Of a stretch of 17,422 bases of DNA, positions 8,396 to 16,948 are shown piece by piece (positions within the stretch are counted from its first letter, which is position 1; each line of letters opens with the position of its first letter). The stretch lies in the IMG/VR virus record IMGVR_UViG_2667527582_000002. One strand, written 5' to 3'. Both the position numbers and the translations under genes were made by a program. Origin of the DNA: a virus. Lineage: Duplodnaviria > Heunggongvirae > Uroviricota > Caudoviricetes. The notes below the pieces were generated by a model, which had not been told where the DNA came from, did no database searches, and saw only the letters and a list, made by a program, of their open reading frames with translations.

Positions 8396-10367
8396 TTCCT
8401 GGTTCAGGATGCAGGCTGGTCACCAGAGTGACGCGGATATTTATATTTATGACGAGATTGGTTTCTGGGGTGTTACAGCGAAGCAGTTTATCAGTGATCT
8501 GAATGCACTGGGCGATATCACCCACATTAATCTCCATATTAATTCACCGGGTGGCGATGTCTTTGAAGGCATCGCCATTTTTAATGCGCTGAAAACACAT
8601 GGTGCGTCCATTACCGTTTATGTCGACGGTGTGGCGGCGTCAATGGCGTCGGTCATTGCGATGGTGGGAAACCCGGTCATTATGCCGGAAAACACCTTCA
8701 TGATGATTCATAAACCATTTGGCTTTACGGGCGGTGATGCGGAGGACATGCGCACCTATGCCGACCTGCTCGATAAAGTTGAGGCGGTTCTGTTACCCGC
8801 TTATGCACAGAAAACCGGGAAAACCACCGATGAAATTGCTGCCATGCTGGCGGATGAGACCTGGATGTCCGGTGCCGAATGTCTGGCACATGGATTTGCT
8901 GATCAGGTAACGCCAGCCGTTAAGGCAATGGCATGTATTCAGTCAAAACGTACAGAGGAATTTAAAAAGATGCCGGAATCCATTCGAAACATGATTACTC
9001 CGCCACGCAACAGTGCTCCACGCGTACAGGATAATGAACCTGAAGCCTCCCGGACGCCAGTGCAGGCAGCAGCACCCGTGGTGGATGAAAACAGCATCCG
9101 TGCGCAGGTACTGGCAGAGCAAAAAGCGCGTGTAAACGGTATTAATGATCTGTTTGCCATGTTTGGCGGGCGTTATCAGACGCTGCAGGCTCAGTGTCTT
9201 GCCGATCCTGAATGTTCGCTGGAGCAGGCCCGCGAAAAGCTGTTGAACGAGATGGGGCGCGAGTCCACGCCATCCAATAAAAATACCCCGGCTCATATTT
9301 ATGCCGGTAACGGTAATTTTGTGGGGGACGGGATCCGCCAGGCGCTGATGGCGCGTGCCGGATTTGAAAAAACCGAACGTGATAATGTCTACAACGGGAT
9401 GACCCTGCGTGAATATGCCCGTATGTCACTGACTGAACGGGGTATTGGGGTTTCCAGTTATAACCCGATGCAGATGGTCGGTGCGGCGTTCACACACAGT
9501 ACGTCTGACTTCGGTAATATTCTGCTGGATGTTGCGAACAAAGCCATTCTGCAGGGCTGGGAAGATGCCCCTGAAACCTATGAACAGTGGACGCGGAAAG
9601 GTCAGTTGTCTGATTTTAAAATTGCCCATCGTGTGGGTATGGGTGGCTTCAGTGCTCTGCGTCAGGTGCGTGAAGGGGCGGAATATAAATACGTCACCAC
9701 CGGAGATAAACAGGCCACTATTGCACTGGCGACCTATGGCGAGCTGTTCAGTATCACCCGTCAGGCCATTATCAATGATGATCTGAATATGCTGACCGAT
9801 GTCCCGATGAAACTGGGCCGTGCGGCGAAATCCACTATTGCCGATCTGGTTTATGCCATTCTGACGTCTAACCCGAAAATCTCCACAGATAATGTAAGTC
9901 TGTTCGATAAAGCGAAACATGCAAACGTACTGGAGAGCGCTGCAATGGACGTGGCATCGCTGGATAAAGCCCGCCAGTTGATGCGCGTTCAGAAAGAGGG
10001 GGAGCGTCATCTGAATATTCGTCCTGCGTTCGTACTGGTACCGACGGCGATGGAGTCTGTTGCTAACCAGGTCATTCGCTCCTCAAGTGTCAAGGGGGCT
10101 GACATTAACGCCGGTATTATTAACCCGGTGAAAGATTTTGCGACCGTTATTGCAGAGCCTCGTCTTGATGATAACAGCCAGACCACCTTCTACCTGGCTG
10201 CGTCAAAAGGCTCCGATACGATTGAAGTGGCTTATCTCAACGGTGTGGATACGCCATATATTGATCAGATGGAGGGCTTCAGTGTGGATGGCGTGACAAC
10301 GAAAGTGCGTATTGACGCCGGTGTCGCGCCAGTTGATCACCGCGGTCTGGTGAAATGTACGGCGTAA
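8340..10367 (+). CDS. fused prohead protease (ClpP-like) / scaffold / major capsid protein
   Basis: Single uninterrupted frame. GTG 8340 (GGAGG 5 nt upstream) or ATG 8358 as start. The N-terminal ~200 aa carry a ClpP-like serine-protease signature (INSPGGDVFEGIAIFNAL...MASVIAMVG...MIHKP). A middle Ala/Gln/Glu-rich segment is scaffold-like. The C-terminal ~300 aa are assigned as the major capsid domain by size and position. Confidence 0.85.
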   Translation: MPQRNDMSRSTPTTSPKNNSWFRMQAGHQSDADIYIYDEIGFWGVTAKQFISDLNALGDITHINLHINSPGGDVFEGIAIFNALKTHGASITVYVDGVAASMASVIAMVGNPVIMPENTFMMIHKPFGFTGGDAEDMRTYADLLDKVEAVLLPAYAQKTGKTTDEIAAMLADETWMSGAECLAHGFADQVTPAVKAMACIQSKRTEEFKKMPESIRNMITPPRNSAPRVQDNEPEASRTPVQAAAPVVDENSIRAQVLAEQKARVNGINDLFAMFGGRYQTLQAQCLADPECSLEQAREKLLNEMGRESTPSNKNTPAHIYAGNGNFVGDGIRQALMARAGFEKTERDNVYNGMTLREYARMSLTERGIGVSSYNPMQMVGAAFTHSTSDFGNILLDVANKAILQGWEDAPETYEQWTRKGQLSDFKIAHRVGMGGFSALRQVREGAEYKYVTTGDKQATIALATYGELFSITRQAIINDDLNMLTDVPMKLGRAAKSTIADLVYAILTSNPKISTDNVSLFDKAKHANVLESAAMDVASLDKARQLMRVQKEGERHLNIRPAFVLVPTAMESVANQVIRSSSVKGADINAGIINPVKDFATVIAEPRLDDNSQTTFYLAASKGSDTIEVAYLNGVDTPYIDQMEGFSVDGVTTKVRIDAGVAPVDHRGLVKCTA

Positions 10368-10390
10368 ACGTCGCAGACAACAACTCTGAT

Positions 10391-10410
10391 GGCCCGTAAG
10401 GGCTTTTTTT
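10391..10410 (+). terminator. weak rho-independent terminator/attenuator after the capsid gene (GCCC-GUAA-GGGC + U7)
   Basis: 4-5-bp GC stem with a GNRA tetraloop followed by TTTTTTT. A second 7-bp GC hairpin (CAGCCCC-TGAAC-GGGGCTG) lies at 10422-10440. Confidence 0.4.
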
Positions 10411-10453
10411 GTACCTGAAATCAGCCCCTGAACGGGGCTGTGCGGAGACAGTT

Positions 10454-10777
10454 ATGGCAAAGAATTTTGTAGAAGAAGGAAAAACGGTGGCGATTGTTGC
10501 CAGTGCAGCCATCAGCAGCGGAGATCTGGTGCAGGTGGGTGATGTTTTTGCGGTGGCGCTGACCGATATTCCACAGGGTGAAACAGGCGACGGCATGACC
10601 GAAGGTGTGTTTATCCTGCCTAAACTGAAAACGGATGACATGAAAACGGGTAAGAAGGTTTATCTGAAGTCCGGAAAAGTTCAGCTGACTAACAGCGGCT
10701 CTGATCCGCTGGTCGGGGTTGTCTGGGCAGATGCCGGAACCAGTGCAGAAGAAGTGCCGGTAAAACTCAATGTCTGA
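10454..10777 (+). CDS. small head-associated protein (107 aa), possible decoration or head-completion protein (DUF2190-like, from memory)
   Basis: GGAG 6 nt upstream of the ATG. Gly/Val-rich small protein immediately after the capsid gene. No clear lambda gpD similarity. Confidence 0.55.
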   Translation: MAKNFVEEGKTVAIVASAAISSGDLVQVGDVFAVALTDIPQGETGDGMTEGVFILPKLKTDDMKTGKKVYLKSGKVQLTNSGSDPLVGVVWADAGTSAEEVPVKLNV

Positions 10778-11045
10778 TCCCTTTTCCCGGCTGGCAGCGC
10801 GTATGGATGCGATCACGGTCAGAAAGATGGGAAAGACAGCCTCGATTAATGATGTCGATATGGCTGTGATCCCGGGCGAAACACTGGCAGAGCTGAATGC
10901 TCTGTCCGGACCTGCGGTCTCTCTGGTGGTGTTTTCTTCGGGATACCGCCCACGGCGCGGGGATCGCGTTGTTTATGACGGACAACAATGGACGGTCACA
11001 CGGCATGAACGTTTTAACGGTAAGCCAATGATCTTTATTGAGTAA
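10770..11045 (+). CDS. head-tail connector / head completion protein (lambda gpFII-like)
   Basis: 91 aa. Start overlaps the upstream stop (ATGTCTGA). C-terminal motif PRRGDRVVYDGQQWTVTRHERFNG resembles lambda FII (LRRGDTLTIGEENFWVDRVSPDDGG). Confidence 0.55.
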   Translation: MSDPFSRLAARMDAITVRKMGKTASINDVDMAVIPGETLAELNALSGPAVSLVVFSSGYRPRRGDRVVYDGQQWTVTRHERFNGKPMIFIE

Positions 11046-11056
11046 AGAGGTGTGGG

Positions 11057-11635
11057 ATGAAGGGGCTTGAGAATGCCATCCGCAATCTGAACAGCCTTGA
11101 TACCCGTATGGTGCCACAGGCCAGCGCATGGGCGATAAACCGTGTGGCACAGAAAGCGGTCTCGGTTGCCACCCGGCAGGTTGCCGGGAATACCGTTGCG
11201 GGAGATAACCAGGTGAAAGGGATCCCCCTGAAACTGGTACGTCAGCGTGTCCGGGTGTTTAAAGCCAGTCCGTCAGGAAAAATGACGGCCAGGATCCGCG
11301 TTAACCGGGGCAATCTGCCCGCCATTAAGCTGGGGACAGCCCGGGTCAGACTGGCCCGGCGTGGTGGAAAACTGCAGTACCGTGGCAGTGTGCTGAAGGT
11401 GGGTAAATATCTTTTCCGGGATGCGTTTATTCAGCAACTGGCGAATGGTCGCTGGCATGTGATGCGGCGTATTGATGGCAAAAATCGTTACCCCATTGAT
11501 GTGGTGAAAATCCCGCTTTCCGGACCGCTGACACAGGCATTTGAAGATGCCCGCGACCGCATCATTGCTGCGGAAATGCCGAAACAGCTGGGGTATGCAC
11601 TGAAACAACAACTGAGGTTATGGCTGACCCGATGA
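11057..11635 (+). CDS. tail completion protein (lambda gpZ-like)
   Basis: 192 aa, the same length as lambda Z. Segment FIQQLANGRWHVMRRIDGKNRYPIDVVKIP is near-identical to lambda Z (FIQQLKNGRWHVMQRVAGKNRYPIDVVKIP). Confidence 0.88.
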   Translation: MKGLENAIRNLNSLDTRMVPQASAWAINRVAQKAVSVATRQVAGNTVAGDNQVKGIPLKLVRQRVRVFKASPSGKMTARIRVNRGNLPAIKLGTARVRLARRGGKLQYRGSVLKVGKYLFRDAFIQQLANGRWHVMRRIDGKNRYPIDVVKIPLSGPLTQAFEDARDRIIAAEMPKQLGYALKQQLRLWLTR

Positions 11636-12033
11636 ACCGACATACACAAATCCGCCAGGCCGTACTGGCACGCCTTCGGGAACAGTGTGGAGACAGCGCC
11701 ACGTTTTTTGACGGGCTTCCGGCATTTATTGATGCGCAGGAACTGCCTGCCGTGGCGGTGTGGCTGAGTGATGCTCAGTACACCGGAAAAATGACGGATG
11801 AAGATGACTGGCAGGCTGTTCTGCATATTGCTGTCTTCATCCGGGCACAGGCACCGGATTCAGAGCTGGATATGTGGATGGAGAGCACCATTTTCCCGGC
11901 TCTGAATGATATACCGGCACTTTCCGGACTCATCGACACCCTGATCCCTCTCGGTTTTAACTATCAACGTGATAATGAGATGGCCACCTGGGCGATGGCG
12001 GAAATCACGTACCAGATCACGTACACGAATTAA
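11632..12033 (+). CDS. tail terminator protein (lambda gpU-like)
   Basis: 133 aa. ATG overlaps the Z stop (ATGA). ATFFDG...PAVAVWL...PDSELDMWMES...IPALS align with lambda U (ATFFDG...PAVAVYL...PDSELDAWMES...IPALS). Confidence 0.88.
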   Translation: MNRHTQIRQAVLARLREQCGDSATFFDGLPAFIDAQELPAVAVWLSDAQYTGKMTDEDDWQAVLHIAVFIRAQAPDSELDMWMESTIFPALNDIPALSGLIDTLIPLGFNYQRDNEMATWAMAEITYQITYTN

Positions 12034-12044
12034 AGGAGGTGGCA

Positions 12045-12788
12045 ATGACCACACCAAATCCACTGGCAAAAACGAAAGGTGCGGGAACGACGTTCTGGAT
12101 GTACACCGGCAAGGGCGATGCGTTTGCGAACCCTTTATCGGACACTGACTGGCTGCGTCTTGCGATGGTGAAGGATCTGCAACCTGGCGAAATGACCGCT
12201 GATGCAGAAGATGACACTTATCTCGATGATGAAGATGCAGACTGGAAAACGACAACCCAGGGGCAGAAATCCGTCGGTGATACTTCGGCGACGCTGGCCT
12301 GGCGTCCGGGTGACAGCGGACAGAAAAAACTGGTTCAGTTGTTCGACTCCGGTGAAGTCTGCGCGTTTCGTATCAAATATCCCAACGGCACTGTTGATGT
12401 TTTCCGTGGCTGGCTGAGCTCACTGGGTAAAACCATTGCCTCAAAAGACGTGATGACCCACACAGTGAAAATCAGCGGTGTGGGGCGTCCGTATCTGGCA
12501 GAGGAAGGCACTGAAACAGTGAGCGTTACCGGGCTGACGGTGGCACCGGCATCTGCCAGTGTAAAAGTGGGAGCAACCACCACGCTGACCTTTACAGTAA
12601 AACCTGACGGAGCCAGTGACAAAGCGATCAGTGTGCATTCGACAGATCCACAGACTGCCACGGTGACCCTGAACGGGCTTGTGGCCACGGTGAAAGGCGT
12701 GAAGCAGGGCAGTGTCAGCATTGTGGGCATGACTTCTGACGGCGATTTTGTGGCAGTGGCTGCGGTGGCTGTCAGCGCCGCAGGTTAA
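12045..12788 (+). CDS. major tail protein (lambda gpV-like) with C-terminal Ig-like domain
   Basis: 247 aa, AGGAGG 5 nt upstream. KGAGTT(F/L)W(M/V)Y...ANPLSD.DW...YLDDEDADW...NGTVDVFRGW match lambda V. C-terminal Thr/Val-rich Big_2-like segment. Confidence 0.92.
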   Translation: MTTPNPLAKTKGAGTTFWMYTGKGDAFANPLSDTDWLRLAMVKDLQPGEMTADAEDDTYLDDEDADWKTTTQGQKSVGDTSATLAWRPGDSGQKKLVQLFDSGEVCAFRIKYPNGTVDVFRGWLSSLGKTIASKDVMTHTVKISGVGRPYLAEEGTETVSVTGLTVAPASASVKVGATTTLTFTVKPDGASDKAISVHSTDPQTATVTLNGLVATVKGVKQGSVSIVGMTSDGDFVAVAAVAVSAAG

Positions 12789-12808
12789 CAGGACGATACT
12801 CATCATTT

Positions 12809-12832
12809 GCCCCGGTTATCCGGGGCTTTTTT
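12809..12832 (+). terminator. strong rho-independent terminator between the V-like and G-like genes (GCCCCGG-UUAU-CCGGGGC + U6)
   Basis: Perfect 7-bp GC stem, 4-nt loop, followed by TTTTTT. Confidence 0.7.
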
Positions 12833-12845
12833 GCAGGTGGAGAAC

Positions 12846-13235
12846 ATGATGTTTCTGAAACAGGGCACGTTTAATTATGAAAAGCAGTCCGTGGTGCTCA
12901 GTGAGCTGTCCGGGCTGCAGAGAATTGAATATCTGGCGTTTGTTCAGCAGCGAACGGCAAAGTTTGATGCCGAAGAGGGAGAACTGCCGGAGGCTGAACG
13001 ACAGATTGCTTTTCTGCGGATGGGGATGGATATCAATGCCTGGCTGGTTTCCCGCTCACTGTGGAATGCGGAACAGTCTCAGGATGTTGAGACGCTTTGC
13101 GCATCCGTTATTACAACATGGTCGTATGATGCCCTGGGAGCGGGGGCGGAGATGGTTCTGTCGCTGAGCGGTATGGGAGCCATTGAGAATGCCGGGGATT
13201 TGGAGCATGAGGTGCTGACGCCGGAAAAGTCCTGA
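12846..13235 (+). CDS. tail assembly chaperone (lambda gpG-like)
   Basis: 129 aa. MMFLK...SELSGLQRIEYLAF... parallels lambda G (MFLK...SELSALQRIEHLAL). Ends at TGA 13233-13235 just after a slippery sequence. Confidence 0.8.
   Translation: MMFLKQGTFNYEKQSVVLSELSGLQRIEYLAFVQQRTAKFDAEEGELPEAERQIAFLRMGMDINAWLVSRSLWNAEQSQDVETLCASVITTWSYDALGAGAEMVLSLSGMGAIENAGDLEHEVLTPEKS
13223..13229 (+). promoter_or_regulatory. putative -1 programmed ribosomal frameshift site (G GAA AAG) producing a G-T fusion
   Basis: Heptamer GGAAAAG in the G frame, 4 nt before the G stop. The -1 frame (T frame) is open from 13211 through 13573. Same position as the lambda G/GT slip site (GGGAAAG). Confidence 0.5.
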
Positions 13236-13573
13236 CGCGGGAAATGCAGTTTGTCATGCGGCTTGCCCGGGAGTTCAGGCGGGCAGACTGGCGGCGGATG
13301 CTGTCGGAAATGTCGGCCACTGAGCTTGGTGAGTGGGGCGATTATTTCCGGATGCAGAGCTTCAGTGATGTGTGGATGGATGCGCAGTTTGCCTCGCTGA
13401 AGGCATTGATCGTGAGAATGGTGTCCGGCAGCAGTGATGCTGCGGTGGCTGATTTCAGCCTTTTACCGGAAGAGAACGGGATACCGGAGCGAACGGACGA
13501 AGAACTGATGCATCTTGGGGAAGGTATTTCCGGAGGTGTGCGTTATGGACCAGATAGCCAACCTGGTCATTGA
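13223..13573 (+). CDS. T-frame portion of the tail assembly chaperone G-T fusion (lambda gpGT-like), in the -1 frame relative to G
   Basis: ORF in the -1 frame relative to G, open upstream past the G stop. Probably expressed only as a G-T fusion (12846..13573 with a -1 shift near 13226-13229). Lies directly upstream of the tape measure gene. Confidence 0.65.
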   Translation, partial: GKVLTREMQFVMRLAREFRRADWRRMLSEMSATELGEWGDYFRMQSFSDVWMDAQFASLKALIVRMVSGSSDAAVADFSLLPEENGIPERTDEELMHLGEGISGGVRYGPDSQPGH

Positions 13574-16500
13574 TTTGGGGATTGATGCGGCAGAGTTTAA
13601 AAATGAAATTCCCCGTATCAAAAACCTTCTGAATGGTGCAGCCAGCGATGCAGAACGGTCTTCTGCCCGTATGCAGCGTTTTATGGAGCGTCAGACTCAG
13701 GCCGCCCGGCAGACAACGCAGGCGGCGTCTTCGGCTGCAACAGCCGCATCCGTCCATGCGCAGACGGTGGAGAAGAACGCACAGGCTCATGAACGCATGG
13801 CCCGCGAGGTGGAGAAAACCCGCCAGCGTATGGAGGCACTGAGCCAGAAAATGCGCGAGGAACAGGCGCAGGCCATGGCTCTGGCGGAGGCTCAGGATAA
13901 AGCAGCTGCTGCGTTTTATCGTCAGATTGACAGTGTGAAACAGGCCAGTGCGGGGCTGCAGGAATTACAGCGTATTCAGCAGCAGATCCGACAGGCCAGA
14001 AACAGTGGCGGGATTGGTCAGCAGGATTATCTGGCGCTGATTTCTGAGGTTACGGCGAAAACCCGTGTTCTTACGCAGGCTGAGGAAGAGGCTACCCGAC
14101 AGAAAGTGGCGTTTATCCGTCAGCTTAAAGAGCAGGCAACCCGCCAGAATCTTTCTTCTTCTGAGTTGCTTCGTGCTAAGGCTGCCCAGCTGGGGGTAAG
14201 CAGTGCTGCAGAAGTGTATATCCGCAAAATGGAGCAGGCAGGAAAAGCCACGCATTCGCTGGGTCTGAAAAGTGCAGCGGCCCGCCAGGAGATAGGCGTT
14301 CTGATAGGTGAACTGGCCCGCGGCAATTTAGGGGCGCTGAGGGGATCCGGGATAACGCTGGCTAACCGTGCCGGATGGATAGACACTCTGATGTCACCGA
14401 AAGGCATGATGCTTGGCGGGGTTATTGGCGGTATTGCCGCGTCCGTCTATGGTCTGGGTAAAGCCTGGTATGACGGTCAGAAGGAGGGGGAAGAATTTAA
14501 CCGCCAGTTGTCGCTGACGGGGCATTATGCCGGAGTCACTGCCGGGCAGCTGTGGACGCTCAGTCGTGCTATTTCCGGGAATGGTATCACGCAACATGCT
14601 GCAGCCGGTGTGCTGGCTCAGGTGGTGGGGAGTGGTGCATTTCGTGGAAACGATATCGGTATGGTGGCGAGAGCTGCCGCACAGATGGAGCGATCGGTTG
14701 GCCAGTCGGTCAGCGATACCATAAATCAGTTTAAGCGGCTGAAGGATGATCCTGTAAATGCCGCGAAGGCTCTGGACAATGAGCTGCATTTTCTTACTGC
14801 CACTCAGCTTGAGCAGATACGTGTCCTTGGGGATCAGGGACGGTCCAGTGATGCTGCACGGATAGCCATGTCTGCACTGGCAGAGGAAACCGGTCGGCGT
14901 ACTGCGGATATTGATAATAACCTCAATGCGCTTGGCAGTACGCTGAAGTATCTGTCTGATTTATGGAGTCGTTTCTGGGATGCGGCCATGAATATTGGTC
15001 GTGAAGACTCGCTGGATGAACAGATTGCCGCTTTACAGGAGAAAGTGTCGCGGGCGAAAAGACTCCCCTGGACGGCATCATCTTCTCAGGTTGAATACGA
15101 TCAGCAGCGTCTTAACGATCTTCAGGAGAAAAAACGCCAGAAGGATTTGCAGGATGCAAAAGAGCAGGCAGAGCGGAATTATCAGGAGCAACAGAAACGA
15201 CGTAATGCTGAAAATGCTGCACTGAACCGGATGAATGAAACGGAAGCAGCACGACATCAGCGTGAAATTGCGCGTATTAATGCCATGCAGTACGCCGATC
15301 AGGCTGTCAGGGATGCAGCGATACAACGTGAAAATGAACGTTACGAGAAAGCCCTGGCATCCGGTAAGAAAAAAACACGCGAAACCCGTAATGATGAGGC
15401 CACCCGGTTATTGCTGCAGTACAGTCAGCAACAGGCACAGGTGGAAGGACAGATTGCTGCTGCAAGACAGTCAGCAGGCATTGCCACTGAAAAGATGACA
15501 GAAGCGCATAAACAGCTTCTGGCTCTGCAGCAGCGCATCAGCGATCTGGACGGGAAAAAACTGACGGCAGATGAAAAGAGTGTGCTGGCCCGTAAAGATG
15601 AACTGATTCAGGCACTGACGCTGCTGGATGTAAAACAGCAGGAGCTTCAGAAACAGACGGCACTCAACGATCTGAAGAAAAAAACAATTCAGCTGACCAG
15701 TCAACTGGCTGAAGAAGAGCTCGCTCAGCGTCAGCAACATGACCTGGATATCGCCACGGTGGGTATGGGTGATCAGCAGCGGCAGCGATATCAGGTACAA
15801 CTGAGTCTTCGCCAGAAATACCAGCAACAGCTGGAGCAGTTGAGGCGGGATAGTGAGCAGAAAGGGACATATAACACGGATGACTACAGAAAGGCCGAGC
15901 AGGCGCTGACGGAGAGCCTGAACCGACAACTGAATGAGAATCGCCGTTACTGGCAACAGCTTGAAGTTGTGCAGGGTAACTGGAAAAACGGAGTCCTGCG
16001 TGCATTTCAGGATTTTACCGTGGATGCAGACAATACGGCAGGAACAGCAGAACAGGTGTTCTCGTCAGCCTTCAGCAACATGGGAAATGGCCTGGCAACT
16101 TTTGTCACTACCGGCAAACTCAACTTCAAATCCTTCACCTCTTCGGTGCTGTCAGATATGGCGAAAATCCTGGCGCAGGCAACCATGATGAAATCGATAA
16201 AAGGGATTGGCAGTGTACTGGGATTTGATCTCAGCAGCCTTTCCCTGAATGCCAATGGGGGGATTTATCAGTCTGCTGATTTGAGTCGTTACAGTGGCAC
16301 GGTGGTTAACCGTCCGACGTTTTTTGCTTTTGCAAAAGGCGCGGGTGTGATGGGGGAAGCGGGACCTGAAGCCATTCTGCCACTGCGTCGTGGTGCTGAC
16401 GGTAAGCTGGGGGTTGTGGCGGATATTGGTGGTTCAGGTATGGCGATGTTTGCCCCGCAGTACAACATCGAGATCAATAACGATGGCACGAACGGGCAGA

Positions 16501-16610
16501 TAGGTCCGGCTGCCCTGAAGGTGGTTTATGACCTTGGGAAAAAAGCGGCAGCGGACTTTATGCAACAGCAGGCCCGTGATGGTGGTCGGTTAAGTGGAGC
16601 ATATCGGTAA
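13545..16610 (+). CDS. tail tape measure protein (lambda gpH-like)
   Basis: 1021 aa, GGAGG 8 nt upstream of ATG 13545. N-terminus (LVIDLGIDAAEF) and C-terminus (NNDGTNGQIGPAALKVVYD...RDGG) match lambda H. Long internal Gln/Glu/Arg/Lys-rich coiled-coil region. Confidence 0.92.
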   Translation: MDQIANLVIDLGIDAAEFKNEIPRIKNLLNGAASDAERSSARMQRFMERQTQAARQTTQAASSAATAASVHAQTVEKNAQAHERMAREVEKTRQRMEALSQKMREEQAQAMALAEAQDKAAAAFYRQIDSVKQASAGLQELQRIQQQIRQARNSGGIGQQDYLALISEVTAKTRVLTQAEEEATRQKVAFIRQLKEQATRQNLSSSELLRAKAAQLGVSSAAEVYIRKMEQAGKATHSLGLKSAAARQEIGVLIGELARGNLGALRGSGITLANRAGWIDTLMSPKGMMLGGVIGGIAASVYGLGKAWYDGQKEGEEFNRQLSLTGHYAGVTAGQLWTLSRAISGNGITQHAAAGVLAQVVGSGAFRGNDIGMVARAAAQMERSVGQSVSDTINQFKRLKDDPVNAAKALDNELHFLTATQLEQIRVLGDQGRSSDAARIAMSALAEETGRRTADIDNNLNALGSTLKYLSDLWSRFWDAAMNIGREDSLDEQIAALQEKVSRAKRLPWTASSSQVEYDQQRLNDLQEKKRQKDLQDAKEQAERNYQEQQKRRNAENAALNRMNETEAARHQREIARINAMQYADQAVRDAAIQRENERYEKALASGKKKTRETRNDEATRLLLQYSQQQAQVEGQIAAARQSAGIATEKMTEAHKQLLALQQRISDLDGKKLTADEKSVLARKDELIQALTLLDVKQQELQKQTALNDLKKKTIQLTSQLAEEELAQRQQHDLDIATVGMGDQQRQRYQVQLSLRQKYQQQLEQLRRDSEQKGTYNTDDYRKAEQALTESLNRQLNENRRYWQQLEVVQGNWKNGVLRAFQDFTVDADNTAGTAEQVFSSAFSNMGNGLATFVTTGKLNFKSFTSSVLSDMAKILAQATMMKSIKGIGSVLGFDLSSLSLNANGGIYQSADLSRYSGTVVNRPTFFAFAKGAGVMGEAGPEAILPLRRGADGKLGVVADIGGSGMAMFAPQYNIEINNDGTNGQIGPAALKVVYDLGKKAAADFMQQQARDGGRLSGAYR

Positions 16611-16939
16611 TGGAGACGTTTCACTGGAAAGTGCGCCCGGATATGAATGTGGTATCAGAGCCGAAAGTGGTGACAGTGAAGCTGGGCGATGGTTATGAAC
16701 AGCGTCGTGCGGCGGGACTGAATAACCAGTTGTCGACTTACAGCGTGACGATACGTGTTCGTAAATGTGAACACCCATCTTTAAAAGCCTTTCTGGAACG
16801 GCACGGTGGCGTCCGCGCATTTCAGTGGACGCCACCTTATGACTGGAAGCCGATCAGGGTGGTTTGTCGTAAATGGTCGGCAAGCGTGGGGGCGTTGTGG
16901 GTAACCATAACGGCAGATTTTGAACAGGTCGTGGCATAG
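16610..16939 (+). CDS. minor tail protein (lambda gpM-like)
   Basis: 109 aa, the same length as lambda M. ATG overlaps the H stop (TAATG). FHWKVRP...GDGYEQR...TYSVT...HGG...WTPPYDW...EFEQVV align with lambda M. Confidence 0.9.
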   Translation: METFHWKVRPDMNVVSEPKVVTVKLGDGYEQRRAAGLNNQLSTYSVTIRVRKCEHPSLKAFLERHGGVRAFQWTPPYDWKPIRVVCRKWSASVGALWVTITADFEQVVA

Positions 16940-16948
16940 GAGTCTCTG

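Noticed and set aside
9426-10010. 194-aa minus-strand ORF inside the capsid domain, and other antisense ORFs inside the terminase, portal and tape measure genes (for example 4591..4911, 7175..7588, 15471..15956)
   Set aside because: All lie antisense within strongly supported, homology-backed structural genes. Compositions are typical of reverse-frame artefacts of GC-rich coding DNA.
13515-13544. Upstream start (13515) for the tape measure ORF
   Set aside because: ATG 13545 has a GGAGG Shine-Dalgarno at the right spacing and its N-terminus aligns with lambda H, whereas the 13515 start would overlap the T frame further without a ribosome-binding site.
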